A DNA stretch of 16,601 bases, taken from positions 1 through 16,601 of the forward strand of contig QMRC01000019.1 of NCBI GenBank assembly GCA_003649205.1, written 5' to 3'. Shown here one piece after another: positions 7,411-16,009 of the stretch. The translations under genes and the position numbers were made by a program. Numbering within the stretch: position 1 is the first letter of the stretch; each line of letters begins with the position of its first letter. A model generated the notes under the pieces. It did not search any database and was not told where the DNA came from. It saw only the letters and a list, made by a program, of their open reading frames with translations. This stretch comes from Thermoprotei archaeon (GTDB taxonomy: Archaea > Thermoproteota > Thermoprotei > Thermoproteales > B15-G16).

Positions 7411-7902
7411 ATGAGTAGCAAGTCGGGAAAACCCTACACAAAGCTAGCTGTCATCAGAATTAGAGGGACAGTGGACGTACCATACGACGTAGAGCATACG
7501 CTCAAATTGCTTAGACTACATAAGAAACATCACTGCGTCATAATTGACGATAGGCCAGAGTACCTAGGTATGCTCAATAAGGTAAAGGATTGGGTTACGT
7601 GGGGGGAGATAGACGCCGATACACTAGCACAACTACTTAGGAAGAGAGGTAGGTTAAGGGGTAACAAACCACTGACAGATGACTACATCAGGAAGTACGG
7701 TTGGAACTCTATCGAGGAATTCGCTATAGCTGTCATAGAGGGTAGAGCATCACTCAAAGACATCCCAAACCTAAAACCAGTATTTAGATTAGCCCCACCT
7801 TCAGGAGGATTTAAGGGAAGCATAAAGAAGCCTTTTACTGTTGGTGGTGAGCTAGGTTACAGAGGACCGGAGATAAATGAGCTACTTAGGAGAATGATGT
7901 AG
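7411..7902 (+). CDS. rpl30: 50S ribosomal protein uL30 (archaeal L30P / L7e-like)
   Basis: AVIRIRG, TLKLLRL, GMLNKVKDWVTWGE, PVFRLAPPSGGF and GELGYRG. Confidence 0.96.
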   Translation: MSSKSGKPYTKLAVIRIRGTVDVPYDVEHTLKLLRLHKKHHCVIIDDRPEYLGMLNKVKDWVTWGEIDADTLAQLLRKRGRLRGNKPLTDDYIRKYGWNSIEEFAIAVIEGRASLKDIPNLKPVFRLAPPSGGFKGSIKKPFTVGGELGYRGPEINELLRRMM

Positions 7903-7909
7903 GTAGGAA

Positions 7910-9000
7910 TTAACCCCTTAGGAACTTCATAGCAGCTAGAACATCATCTAGCTTCACCTCGAGAAATACCAACATCTCATCATCTTTACCTGCAACTAAG
8001 ATAGGTCTTCACCTACCTTAACAGCTCCACAAACGAATATCGTTGATGGTCTTCTACCGCTATAGAGCTCTGGAGGGGAGAGATGATAGGTTCCTCTGTT
8101 GCCGCAGCTAGTTCACCAACATCATTGAAGCGAGCAGCATACGTGTGGTACATGCCATGTGGATACTCGACACTATAGAAGATGAGGAGATACTCATTCC
8201 TCGATATAGCTTTACTGAAGCATTAGCACCAGTCTTTAGCTCACGACCAGGTACAGGAACTAACTCAGGTACTGGTTCAAGAAATTTCAGGTTGACAATA
8301 GTTCCTCTTCGCTCACCAATGAATACACCACCAATTCCATACTCCTTAAACCACGGTCTCACAACCATGAATCTACTTAAGAGAGGTATAGTATCCCTGT
8401 AGTCGCTCAAGATAACGTAGTTGCCGTTCTCCTCAAAGACTACGGGTTTCAAGTACCTAGCAGATACCTGACTACCATACTCAATAGAGCACAGAACGTC
8501 ATCACTAACTTCTCTACTGAGTAACTCGGCATGTAGTAAGCTCTCACGTGAAATAGTGATGTCGGGTCTTCAGGATCTACTCTAGGATCCTCAACACATT
8601 CAGACGAAAGGAGTGGATAGAGTACTGTCCTAGTGTCAACTGAGACCTTACCACGTAACTGAAGTATAGGAACTTCAGTATACGCGATGAATGTCCTTGA
8701 GAAGTTAACACCACCAAGCCTAAGGAAGATACCCAGTACATCCCCATCCCTAATGATAGCTGCTGAGTTAGATACAGTAAGCACTAGTTCGGGCACATCT
8801 AGAGGACTTCGAGCATTCACATCTCGAAGAATAATGTACGCCTTAACCCCAAACATAGATCTATCACTGAACTTCCTCTCAATTCTAGTGAGCTTTCTAC
8901 TCCTAACTAATTTTGAGGGTAGAGTAATCTCAGCCTCCTTACTCATCAACCTACTTAATCTCAGTACGTAGTCACGAAAAATAGTAGCGCCACCAGACAC
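7910..9000 (-). pseudogene. Decayed glycosidase/phosphorylase gene (GH130 / PH1107-like beta-propeller family), at least 4 frameshifts
   Basis: Joining frames gives ...VSNSAA...CVEDPRV...[shift ~8485]...ELKTGANASVKL [extra TA ~8205] SRNEYLLIFYSV...YAARFNDVGEL...EPIIS [shift ~8077] PPELYSGRRPSTIFVCGAVKVGEDL [shift ~8001] ILVAGKDDE...MKFLRG stop (7910-7912). The EDPR, ExKxG and VFxCGA...GxxD motifs fall in the expected order. Confidence 0.8.
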
Positions 9001-9135
9001 AATATCGAATTCAAGCTCCTGAAGGAACCACTAAGCAACACCCAACCCCTACACCGTACATCAGGAATAAGTGATTTAATTATTTGAGGAAGCAAACGGA
9101 GAAATCATTAATAGGCACCGCACAGGTACTTGACT

Positions 9136-9148
9136 AGAAACTTTTTAA
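9136..9148 (+). promoter_or_regulatory. BRE/TATA for uL15-secY
   Basis: AGAAAC followed by TTTTTAA (9142-9148). SD GGTGA precedes the ATG at 9179. Confidence 0.6.
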
Positions 9149-9178
9149 GTACGATTGTTGAAATCTCGGTGAACCTCC

Positions 9179-9637
9179 ATGGTAAGGAGATTCGAGAAGA
9201 AATCTAGGTACCTAAGAGGTTGGAGAACACACGGTTGGGGTAGAGTCGGTCAGCACAGAAGACATGGGTCCAAAGGTGGTCGTGGTAGAGCAGGAAGACA
9301 CAAACACGAATGGACTTGGGTCGTCAAGTACTGCCCAGACTACTTCGGTAAACATGGCTTCAAACAACCACCAGAGATAACACCACACTTCAGGGAAATT
9401 AACGTAGGTACAATAGATGAAAAGATTGAGGAGTGGGTTAGAGAAGGTAAGGCCGAATATAGAGATGGTAAGTACTACGTAGATCTACTGAGTCTAGGCT
9501 ACAGCAAGGTACTAGGTTCAGGAAAGGTAACGAAACCCATAGTTGTTAAAGCAGCTGTATTCACTGAATCAGCTATCAAGAAGCTTAAAGATGCCGGTGG
9601 AGACGCTATCGAGGTTAGAGGTGTAGTACATGCCTAG
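9179..9637 (+). CDS. rpl15: 50S ribosomal protein uL15
   Basis: KKSRYLRGWRTHGWG, GGRGRAG, YFGKHGF, KVLGSG and AIKKLKDAGG. Confidence 0.97.
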   Translation: MVRRFEKKSRYLRGWRTHGWGRVGQHRRHGSKGGRGRAGRHKHEWTWVVKYCPDYFGKHGFKQPPEITPHFREINVGTIDEKIEEWVREGKAEYRDGKYYVDLLSLGYSKVLGSGKVTKPIVVKAAVFTESAIKKLKDAGGDAIEVRGVVHA

Positions 9638-11057
9638 CTTCCTTGAGACCCTAGAGCCAATACTTAGATACCTTCCTTCAGTTCCAAAACCACCTAGGAG
9701 GCTATCACTTGGTGAGAGACTCTTCTGGACCTTCATCGTACTAACGATATATCTCGTAATGAGCGAGACACCACTGTACGGAGTAGCTGGTAGAGCTAGG
9801 GAACAGTTAACGCTAATTAGTATAATCTTTGCATCGAGAAGTGGAACTCTGACGACTCTAGGTGTTGGACCAATAGTGACAGCAGGTTTGATACTGCAGA
9901 TCTTAGTTGGCTCAAAGATAATTCACGTAGACTTCACAGATCCTAGACAGAGATCTCTCTTCACAGCAGCAGAGAAGTTCTTCGCAATAATCTTCACAAT
10001 ATTTGAAGCCGTAGCTTACATCTTCGGAGGTATGTTTGGACCCGTAACCCTAAAGCAAGCACTACTCATACTAGCACAGCTAACGGCTGCAGGCATCATA
10101 ATAATTCTACTGGATGAGATGATACACAAGGGCTGGGGGCTAGGTAGTGGACTTAGCCTCTTCATTGCTGCTAGTGTAGCAACAAGACTCTTCTGGGATC
10201 TCTTCAGTCCATTCATAGTAGCTGATAGACTACCTTTTGGAGTAATACCAGCTCTCGGTGTCGCTCTGTACTCGGCAGCAATGGGTAATGCAACGTCTCT
10301 GGTAAATCTCGTATGGAGAGTTAGGTACCCAGACATAGTTGGTCTAGTAGCTACGGTAGCACTAATACTAGCTATCCTATACCTAAACCTAGTGAGAGTA
10401 GACATACCAATTACTGTAGCTAGGTACGGAACAGCAAGAACTTCACTACCACTAAGACTCCTCTATACATCAGTTATACCAGTGATCTTCACATCAGCGC
10501 TACTCGCAAACCTACAGCTACTAACACAGATCCTGTGGTCAAGGTACAATCCAGATAACACTAACCCAATACTGAACTGGATAGCTAAGTACGAACTAGT
10601 TGGAGGTACAAGACCAAGACCACTACCTGGATGTCTAGCATACTACATAACCTCACCAAGGTCACAACTAACCTATGATCCAGTACAGATAGTTATCTAC
10701 GCGATAGTATACATAGGTCTATGTGTACTATTCTCGAAGCTATGGGTTGAATTAGCTGGCATGGATCCTGAGTCGCAGGCAGAGTACATGGTCAAGTCAG
10801 GACTGACAATACCTGGTTTCAGACACTCACAGAGGATTATAGCGTACTACCTCAGTAAGTACATACCTGCATTGACTGTCGCGAGCGGTATACTGGTGGG
10901 TGCTATTGCTGTAGTTGGTGATGTATTGAGAGCATTTGCTACAGGAACAGGAATTCTACTACTCATAGGCATTCTAGAGCAGTACTATGCGATACTAGTT
11001 CGTGAGAGAGCTATGGAGATGTATCCATTCCTAAGGCGCTTACTGGAGCGTAGATAG
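9630..11057 (+). CDS. secY: Preprotein translocase subunit SecY (Sec61 alpha type)
   Basis: LGVGPIVTAGLILQIL, LDEMIHKGWGLGSGLSLFI, LLYTSVIPVIF, IPGFR and about 10 hydrophobic segments. It overlaps the uL15 stop. Confidence 0.98.
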   Translation: MPSFLETLEPILRYLPSVPKPPRRLSLGERLFWTFIVLTIYLVMSETPLYGVAGRAREQLTLISIIFASRSGTLTTLGVGPIVTAGLILQILVGSKIIHVDFTDPRQRSLFTAAEKFFAIIFTIFEAVAYIFGGMFGPVTLKQALLILAQLTAAGIIIILLDEMIHKGWGLGSGLSLFIAASVATRLFWDLFSPFIVADRLPFGVIPALGVALYSAAMGNATSLVNLVWRVRYPDIVGLVATVALILAILYLNLVRVDIPITVARYGTARTSLPLRLLYTSVIPVIFTSALLANLQLLTQILWSRYNPDNTNPILNWIAKYELVGGTRPRPLPGCLAYYITSPRSQLTYDPVQIVIYAIVYIGLCVLFSKLWVELAGMDPESQAEYMVKSGLTIPGFRHSQRIIAYYLSKYIPALTVASGILVGAIAVVGDVLRAFATGTGILLLIGILEQYYAILVRERAMEMYPFLRRLLERR

Positions 11058-11138
11058 GTTAGGTGCTTAGCATTAGTCTGTGAGTAAGGGTAATTAGGGA
11101 GTAGTACCTTAGAAGCACCTAAGGTGGTAGCTAGTTAG

Positions 11139-11786
11139 ATGCCCTACCGTATTACTCACCTCGAGACACTGAAGAAGAGGATATACGTAGAGGTTGACGA
11201 GCTAGATAACGTATTCATAGTGCTTGAGAGTAGAGCTAGGAAGTTACCGACATCCAAGAACGTGATCAAAACCCTTCAGAGATTACTTCGTGTACTTAAG
11301 TGGATTGAACCAAGTATACGAATTCTACATAGAGGTCGTGAACTAGAATTGAAGGAGTATCTGAGACACGTAGCTACACCTCATGACATAGTACCTGAGA
11401 CATGTAGTAGATATGTGAAGGTAGCTGAGAAGATACTCAAGCTATATGGAGTTGATAGAATTAAGGAATTTCTCGAATGTAATTGCTTTGTAGTTGATGC
11501 TTGTGCGGCATTCATGGGGAAGGTACTCAAGGCACTAGCTACTCTCTCTGGTGCATACACAGTAGTCAGGGTAGTGTCACGTGATTGCACAGATTTCGAG
11601 GTATTGAGGATAGCTAGTGAACTCGCTAAGCAGTACGGTAACTGCGTACTAATTACCAGAGATAAGTGGTTTATCGATAAAGCTGCCTCAGACATCAATG
11701 TAGTTTTCATCAATGTACCAAATACGGAGGAGAGTAACCTAGTTAGAGCATTTACTGAGTTACTTGCATGTACTTCGAGGAGTTAG
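11139..11786 (+). CDS. Hypothetical protein with a C-terminal PIN-like (DUF5615 / Mut7-C type) domain
   Basis: The C-terminal half, FVVDACAAFMGKVLKAL...DCTDFEVLRIA...CVLITRDKWF, fits the hhhD...xD.Ehh..A...hhhTxDxxF pattern. I do not recognise the N-terminal ~115 aa. Confidence 0.6.
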   Translation: MPYRITHLETLKKRIYVEVDELDNVFIVLESRARKLPTSKNVIKTLQRLLRVLKWIEPSIRILHRGRELELKEYLRHVATPHDIVPETCSRYVKVAEKILKLYGVDRIKEFLECNCFVVDACAAFMGKVLKALATLSGAYTVVRVVSRDCTDFEVLRIASELAKQYGNCVLITRDKWFIDKAASDINVVFINVPNTEESNLVRAFTELLACTSRS

Positions 11787-11807
11787 CTACCTAATTTATG
11801 GAGGAGA

Positions 11808-11814
11808 TTTTAAA
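11808..11814 (+). promoter_or_regulatory. TATA box for the small ORF-SPOUT unit
   Basis: GAGGAGA followed by TTTTAAA. SD GAGGTG lies at 11839-11844. Confidence 0.55.
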
Positions 11815-11850
11815 TTGTGTAGCACCTCAGCTATGTGTGAGGTGTTGAGT

Positions 11851-11949
11851 GTGGGTGGTAGACAAAGAACAACAATCTTCATGACTGATGAAGAGAAGAA
11901 GCAGAGAATTGAAGCTAAGAAGAGGGAGAAGAGAAGAAGACCAATGTAG
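11851..11949 (+). CDS. Small basic protein (32 aa), candidate ribosome-associated protein
   Basis: GTG start 6 nt after SD GAGGTG gives MGGRQRTTIFMTDEEKKQRIEAKKREKRRRPM. Its stop is 6 nt before the SPOUT ATG. It uses the same AAG/AGA/GAG codon style as the flanking r-protein genes. Confidence 0.7.
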   Translation: MGGRQRTTIFMTDEEKKQRIEAKKREKRRRPM

Positions 11950-11955
11950 TGAGAC

Positions 11956-12831
11956 ATGGCTCATCGAGATGTAACTAGACCACTTAAGCCGAGACCTGAG
12001 ATAAACTTCGCTATTCCATCATCTGTCGTATCTGAAGCACCTGGACTTCGAGAGAAGACAAGGAAGATAGGGTACATAGGTAGAGCAGCAGCAATATTCA
12101 GAGTAACGGAGGTGATAGTGTACAGAGACGATAATCCAGATAATGAGTACCTAGTGTACCTAGTGCTATCGTACATGGAAGTACCACCGTACATGAAGAA
12201 GGCACTATGTCCAAGAAGTAACTTGCTCAAGTACGTAGGACTACTACCACCACTAAAGACCCCACATCACGTATGGCCACACGTATTCAATACCAAGTTT
12301 AGAGAAGGTGTAGTTAAGGAAGCTAGAGGTAGCTACTCAGTAATTGATGTAGGTCTTGAGAAACCAGCTATCGTACAGCAGAGGTTACAGATAGGCTCCA
12401 GAGTTACTGTGAAGCTTGTTAGAGATGAAGGTAGGTTCTACGTAGCTGACCTAGCTTCTAGAGATGATGTTGACCTGTACTGGGGGTACGTGGTAACTAG
12501 GTACTCAAGCATGAAGTCCATGATAGAGGACACTAGGAAGAGATACGACCTAGTTATAGGGGCATCGAAAAAAGGTAAACTAGTCAACGAACTAGAGGAC
12601 GAACTCACCAAACGATTTAGAGAGATTAGTAAGGTACTTGTGGTATTCGGTGGACCCAGAAAGGATATAGATGAGATAGCTTCTAGCGAAGGATTCAACT
12701 TATCCAAGTACTGTGACTACATACTCAACTTCATACCCAGACAAGGAACTGAGAGCGTGAGAACTGAAGAAGCTATCTACGCAGTAATGTCAATACTCAA
12801 CTACTTAAGAGAAAAAGCTACACAACAGTAG
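11956..12831 (+). CDS. SPOUT-class RNA methyltransferase (DUF171 / SPOUT1-C9orf114 family)
   Basis: AIPSSVV, KIGYIGRAAAIFRV, YMEVPPYMKK, LKYVGLLPPLKTPHH, LVVFGGP and NFIPRQGTESVRTEEA. It sits upstream of uL3, as is usual in archaea. Confidence 0.92.
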   Translation: MAHRDVTRPLKPRPEINFAIPSSVVSEAPGLREKTRKIGYIGRAAAIFRVTEVIVYRDDNPDNEYLVYLVLSYMEVPPYMKKALCPRSNLLKYVGLLPPLKTPHHVWPHVFNTKFREGVVKEARGSYSVIDVGLEKPAIVQQRLQIGSRVTVKLVRDEGRFYVADLASRDDVDLYWGYVVTRYSSMKSMIEDTRKRYDLVIGASKKGKLVNELEDELTKRFREISKVLVVFGGPRKDIDEIASSEGFNLSKYCDYILNFIPRQGTESVRTEEAIYAVMSILNYLREKATQQ

Positions 12832-12844
12832 TGAATTCACTGTA

Positions 12845-12858
12845 GGAAAACTCTTTAA
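12845..12858 (+). promoter_or_regulatory. BRE/TATA upstream of uL3
   Basis: GGAAAA followed by CTCTTTAA. SD GAGGT precedes the ATG at 12902. Confidence 0.45.
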
Positions 12859-12901
12859 GGGGTCTGTTATTGATTTGACGAAGTTCCTGAGGTAGGTAAC
12901 A

Positions 12902-13939
12902 ATGGTTAAGGACCATAGACCACGAAGAGGTTCAATGGGATTCTACCCAAGGAAGAGAGCAAGGAGCATAGTAGCTAGAGTAAGGACCTGGGTAGATCCA
13001 CTCATTGGAAGACCAATGCTACTTGGATTTGCAGGTTACAAAGCAGGAATGGCACACGTAGTCATGATAGAAGATAGACCGACAAGCCCACTCTACGGAA
13101 AGGAGATTATCGTACCGGTCACGATAATCGACTGCCCACCACTCTACGTATGTGGAATAAGGTTCTACAAAGCAACACCCTACGGGCTGCTAACGATGAC
13201 AGAGGTGTGGGCGAACAACATCAAGGAAGCACACCCAGATGTAGAGAGGGTAGTAACCCTACCTGAGAAGCTAGAATTCAACATAGATGCAGTGAAGAAG
13301 AAGGTACTAGACAACCTAGATGCCATTGAGGAAATCAGAGCGATAGTAGCTACGAGACCAAGACTATCTGGAATAGGTAAGAAGACACCAGAAGTCTTCG
13401 AAATACCAATAGGTGGAGTACTAGACAAGGCAAAGCTAGTTGAGTACGCCTTCTCAATACTAGGTAAGGACGTGAACGTAACAGATGTCTTCAAGGAGGG
13501 TTGGTACGTAGACGTAATATCGATAACAAAGGGTAAGGGAACAGCAGGTGTCATCAAGAGGTTTGGAGTCAAGGAAAAGCCAAGATGGCATAAACACAGG
13601 AAAGGTAGTAGGAAGATAGGTTCAGTAGGTCCACAGAAACCAGCAGTCATGTTCACAACACCAATGGCAGGACAACTAGGATTCCACCAAAGAACAGAGT
13701 ACAACAAGAGAATACTCAAGATAGGTCTAGATGGTAGTGAAGTAACACCAGCAGGAGGATTCAAGCACTACGGAGTAATTAAGGGACCATACGTAGTACT
13801 AGCAGGATCAGTACCAGGACCACCAAAGAGGCTCGTCAAGATGAGATTCCCAGTTAGACCAAGACCAAGCCTCATCTGGGATAAACCACAGGTACTCTGG
13901 ATAAGTACTAAACCAATTACGGAGGTACCAGCAGTATGA
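12902..13939 (+). CDS. rpl3: 50S ribosomal protein uL3
   Basis: [45 protein letters not shown] and [16 protein letters not shown]. Confidence 0.98.
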   Translation: MVKDHRPRRGSMGFYPRKRARSIVARVRTWVDPLIGRPMLLGFAGYKAGMAHVVMIEDRPTSPLYGKEIIVPVTIIDCPPLYVCGIRFYKATPYGLLTMTEVWANNIKEAHPDVERVVTLPEKLEFNIDAVKKKVLDNLDAIEEIRAIVATRPRLSGIGKKTPEVFEIPIGGVLDKAKLVEYAFSILGKDVNVTDVFKEGWYVDVISITKGKGTAGVIKRFGVKEKPRWHKHRKGSRKIGSVGPQKPAVMFTTPMAGQLGFHQRTEYNKRILKIGLDGSEVTPAGGFKHYGVIKGPYVVLAGSVPGPPKRLVKMRFPVRPRPSLIWDKPQVLWISTKPITEVPAV

Positions 13940-14772
13940 GCTTAGAAGCAAGTATCCAGAGGTTAATAAACATACTCACAACACCACCAGTACCGAGAGT
14001 AGTCAAGGTATTCGACCTAAGCGGTAACCCAGTAAAGGAGATGGAGCTACCACCACAATTCTTCACACCGATAAGAATCGACGTCATTAGGAGAGCAGTA
14101 CTATCGATACAGACAGCCAGGAAGCAACCACAGGGTAGAGACCCAATGGCAGGTAAGAGGACAACAGCAATGAGCTTTGGTGTAGGTCTAGGACTAGCGA
14201 GATTACCTAGAATTAAGGGGCACCTATGGCCAAGAGCAGCCTTCGCACCGAACACAGTAGGAGGTAGAAGAGCACACCCACCAACGACCATGAAGAAGAT
14301 ACACGAGGAGATAAATAAGAAGGAGAAGAGATTCGCAACTAGATCAGCAATAGCAGCAACAGCTGTACTAGACCTAGTTAAAGCTAGAGGACATAGAGTA
14401 GACAAGGTACCACAGATACCACTAGTGGTCACAAACGACATAGAGGCACTAGCAACGACAAGTCAAGTAAAGTACGTATTCAAGACATTGGGTCTATGGG
14501 ATGACGTAGAGAGAGCACATGACAGAATAAGGATAAGAGCAGGTAAGGGCAAGATGCGAGGAAGAAGATACACATGTCCAAGAAGCGTACTCGTAGTTAT
14601 AGGACAGGATAGAGGAATAGTGAGAGCAGCTAGAAACCTTCCAGGAGTAGACGTAGTGGAGGTCAAGCTACTGAATGCAGAGCTACTAGCACCAGGAGGA
14701 GTACCAGGTAGATTAACCCTATGGACAGAATCAGCACTAGAAACCCTGAGAAGAGAGAACCTCTTCATGTGA
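13936..14772 (+). CDS. rpl4: 50S ribosomal protein uL4
   Basis: [36 protein letters not shown] and [14 protein letters not shown]. It has an ATGA overlap with uL3. Confidence 0.98.
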   Translation: MSLEASIQRLINILTTPPVPRVVKVFDLSGNPVKEMELPPQFFTPIRIDVIRRAVLSIQTARKQPQGRDPMAGKRTTAMSFGVGLGLARLPRIKGHLWPRAAFAPNTVGGRRAHPPTTMKKIHEEINKKEKRFATRSAIAATAVLDLVKARGHRVDKVPQIPLVVTNDIEALATTSQVKYVFKTLGLWDDVERAHDRIRIRAGKGKMRGRRYTCPRSVLVVIGQDRGIVRAARNLPGVDVVEVKLLNAELLAPGGVPGRLTLWTESALETLRRENLFM

Positions 14773-14782
14773 GGTGAGTAAC

Positions 14783-15052
14783 GTGACAGGAGTAGACCCA
14801 TACAAGATAATTATAAGACCGATACTGACAGAGAAGGCCCTTAGACTAGCTGAGAGAGAGAACAAGGTAACATTCCTAGTAGCGAGAGATGCAACCAAGA
14901 AGCAGATAAAGGAAGCAGTCGAGAAGCTACTCGGAGTCAAGGTGGTAAAGGTAAACACACTCATAACACCAAGAGGAGAGAAGAAAGCATACGTCAAACT
15001 AGCACCAGAGTACAAGGCCTTCGACATACTATCCAGAATGGGAGTACTGTAG
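14783..15052 (+). CDS. rpl23: 50S ribosomal protein uL23
   Basis: [23 protein letters not shown] and [17 protein letters not shown]. The GTG at 14783 follows SD GAGGTGA (14771-14777). The GTG at 14774 is an alternative start. Confidence 0.96.
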   Translation: MTGVDPYKIIIRPILTEKALRLAERENKVTFLVARDATKKQIKEAVEKLLGVKVVKVNTLITPRGEKKAYVKLAPEYKAFDILSRMGVL

Positions 15053-15111
15053 CAAAGTACAATCAACTTTTTAGCGTAAAATCCCCACACCTCACTCAGG
15101 GACACCTCTAC

Positions 15112-15468
15112 ATGGGACTGACTGCAGTCCACGTCAAGGTGAAGAATCCTTGGACTGGAGCTTTCCGTGAAATCGAGCTAATAGTTGACACAGGTTCACT
15201 ACTGACCTGGATTAGAGGTGAAGTCCTAGATCAGCTAGGTATTCAACGAAGAAGACGGAGAAAGATCAAGACAATTTCAGGACAAGTAATCGAGAGGTGG
15301 ACAGGACTCGCAACTATTGAGTACGAAGGACATGAAGCAGATGTCGAGGTAGTATTTGCTGAGGAGAGTGATGCGCAGGTCCTCGGCGTAATAGCACTAG
15401 AGAATCTCGGATACCGTGTAAATCCAGTAACAGGTAAGCTCGAGTACATAGGCTACATAGCTTACTGA
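15112..15468 (+). CDS. Retroviral-like (clan AA) aspartyl protease
   Basis: Catalytic motif LIVDTGSLLTWI and C-terminal VLGVIALENLGYRVNPVTGKL, typical of single-domain archaeal clan AA proteases. Confidence 0.88.
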   Translation: MGLTAVHVKVKNPWTGAFREIELIVDTGSLLTWIRGEVLDQLGIQRRRRRKIKTISGQVIERWTGLATIEYEGHEADVEVVFAEESDAQVLGVIALENLGYRVNPVTGKLEYIGYIAY

Positions 15469-15476
15469 CAACCAAA

Positions 15477-15863
15477 TTACTTCATAACTAGTTCCCTAAC
15501 TCTCTTCAAGTACTCTCCAGCCCTCTCCACAAGCTGTCTATGCTCATCCTCCTCATACATAAATCCATAGAAACAAGCACCATGAAGTCTATCTCTAACA
15601 TCGATGAAGTACTGAGCCCAAGAAGTAGCTTCATCCACCGTAACTCTAGCCCTAAGAAAAGCCTCCATAACGAACTTCCTCCAAGAAACACCCCTAGGCG
15701 GTACCGTACGTCCCATGTACTTGAGAGTTAAGGCCATAGTAGCACTCTTGACAGCAGCTCAAAACTTCTCAGCAGCATCATGGTAATCACCCCTAGATAG
15801 AAGCTCTTGACCATACCTAAGGTACGTACTGGCGATCTCAAGTAACTCCTCAACAGTAGTCAT
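15477..15863 (-). pseudogene. PaREP1-family (HEPN-like) gene interrupted by an in-frame TGA
   Basis: From ATG 15863: MTTVEELLEIASTYLRYGQELLSRGDYHDAAEKF*AAVKSATMALTLK...RDRLHGACFYG... The TGA (15759-15761) falls where PaREP1 proteins usually have an aromatic residue (W/Y) after EKx. The frame continues into the 15477..15737 ORF. A TATA-like TATTTA lies about 25 nt upstream. Confidence 0.78.
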
Positions 15864-16009
15864 CAATTCAGAGCACCAGAGTCAACTCTAAATACCTTAG
15901 CACCTTCACAGCGTAGCTAACGTGTTGACAAAGCTATCCATAACCGCAAAACCTTTTTGTAACCTCACACACGACGAAGGTACAGAGTACAGTCAGCAGG
16001 TGGTGAGTA

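Noticed and set aside
8108-9000. ORFs 8108-8452 and 8449-9000 as two separate genes, plus + strand ORFs 8145-8402 and 8687-8971
   Set aside because: The minus-strand ORFs are fragments of one frameshifted gene, and the + strand ORFs are shadows. Programmed frameshifting is implausible with four or more lesions.
11764-11850. N-terminal part of the 61-aa ORF call
   Set aside because: It overlaps the upstream gene end and spans the TATA and SD. The GTG at 11851 is the better start.
15759-15761. Selenocysteine or genetic-code reassignment at the TGA
   Set aside because: The position corresponds to an aromatic residue rather than Cys, I saw no SECIS, and TGA terminates other genes in the window.
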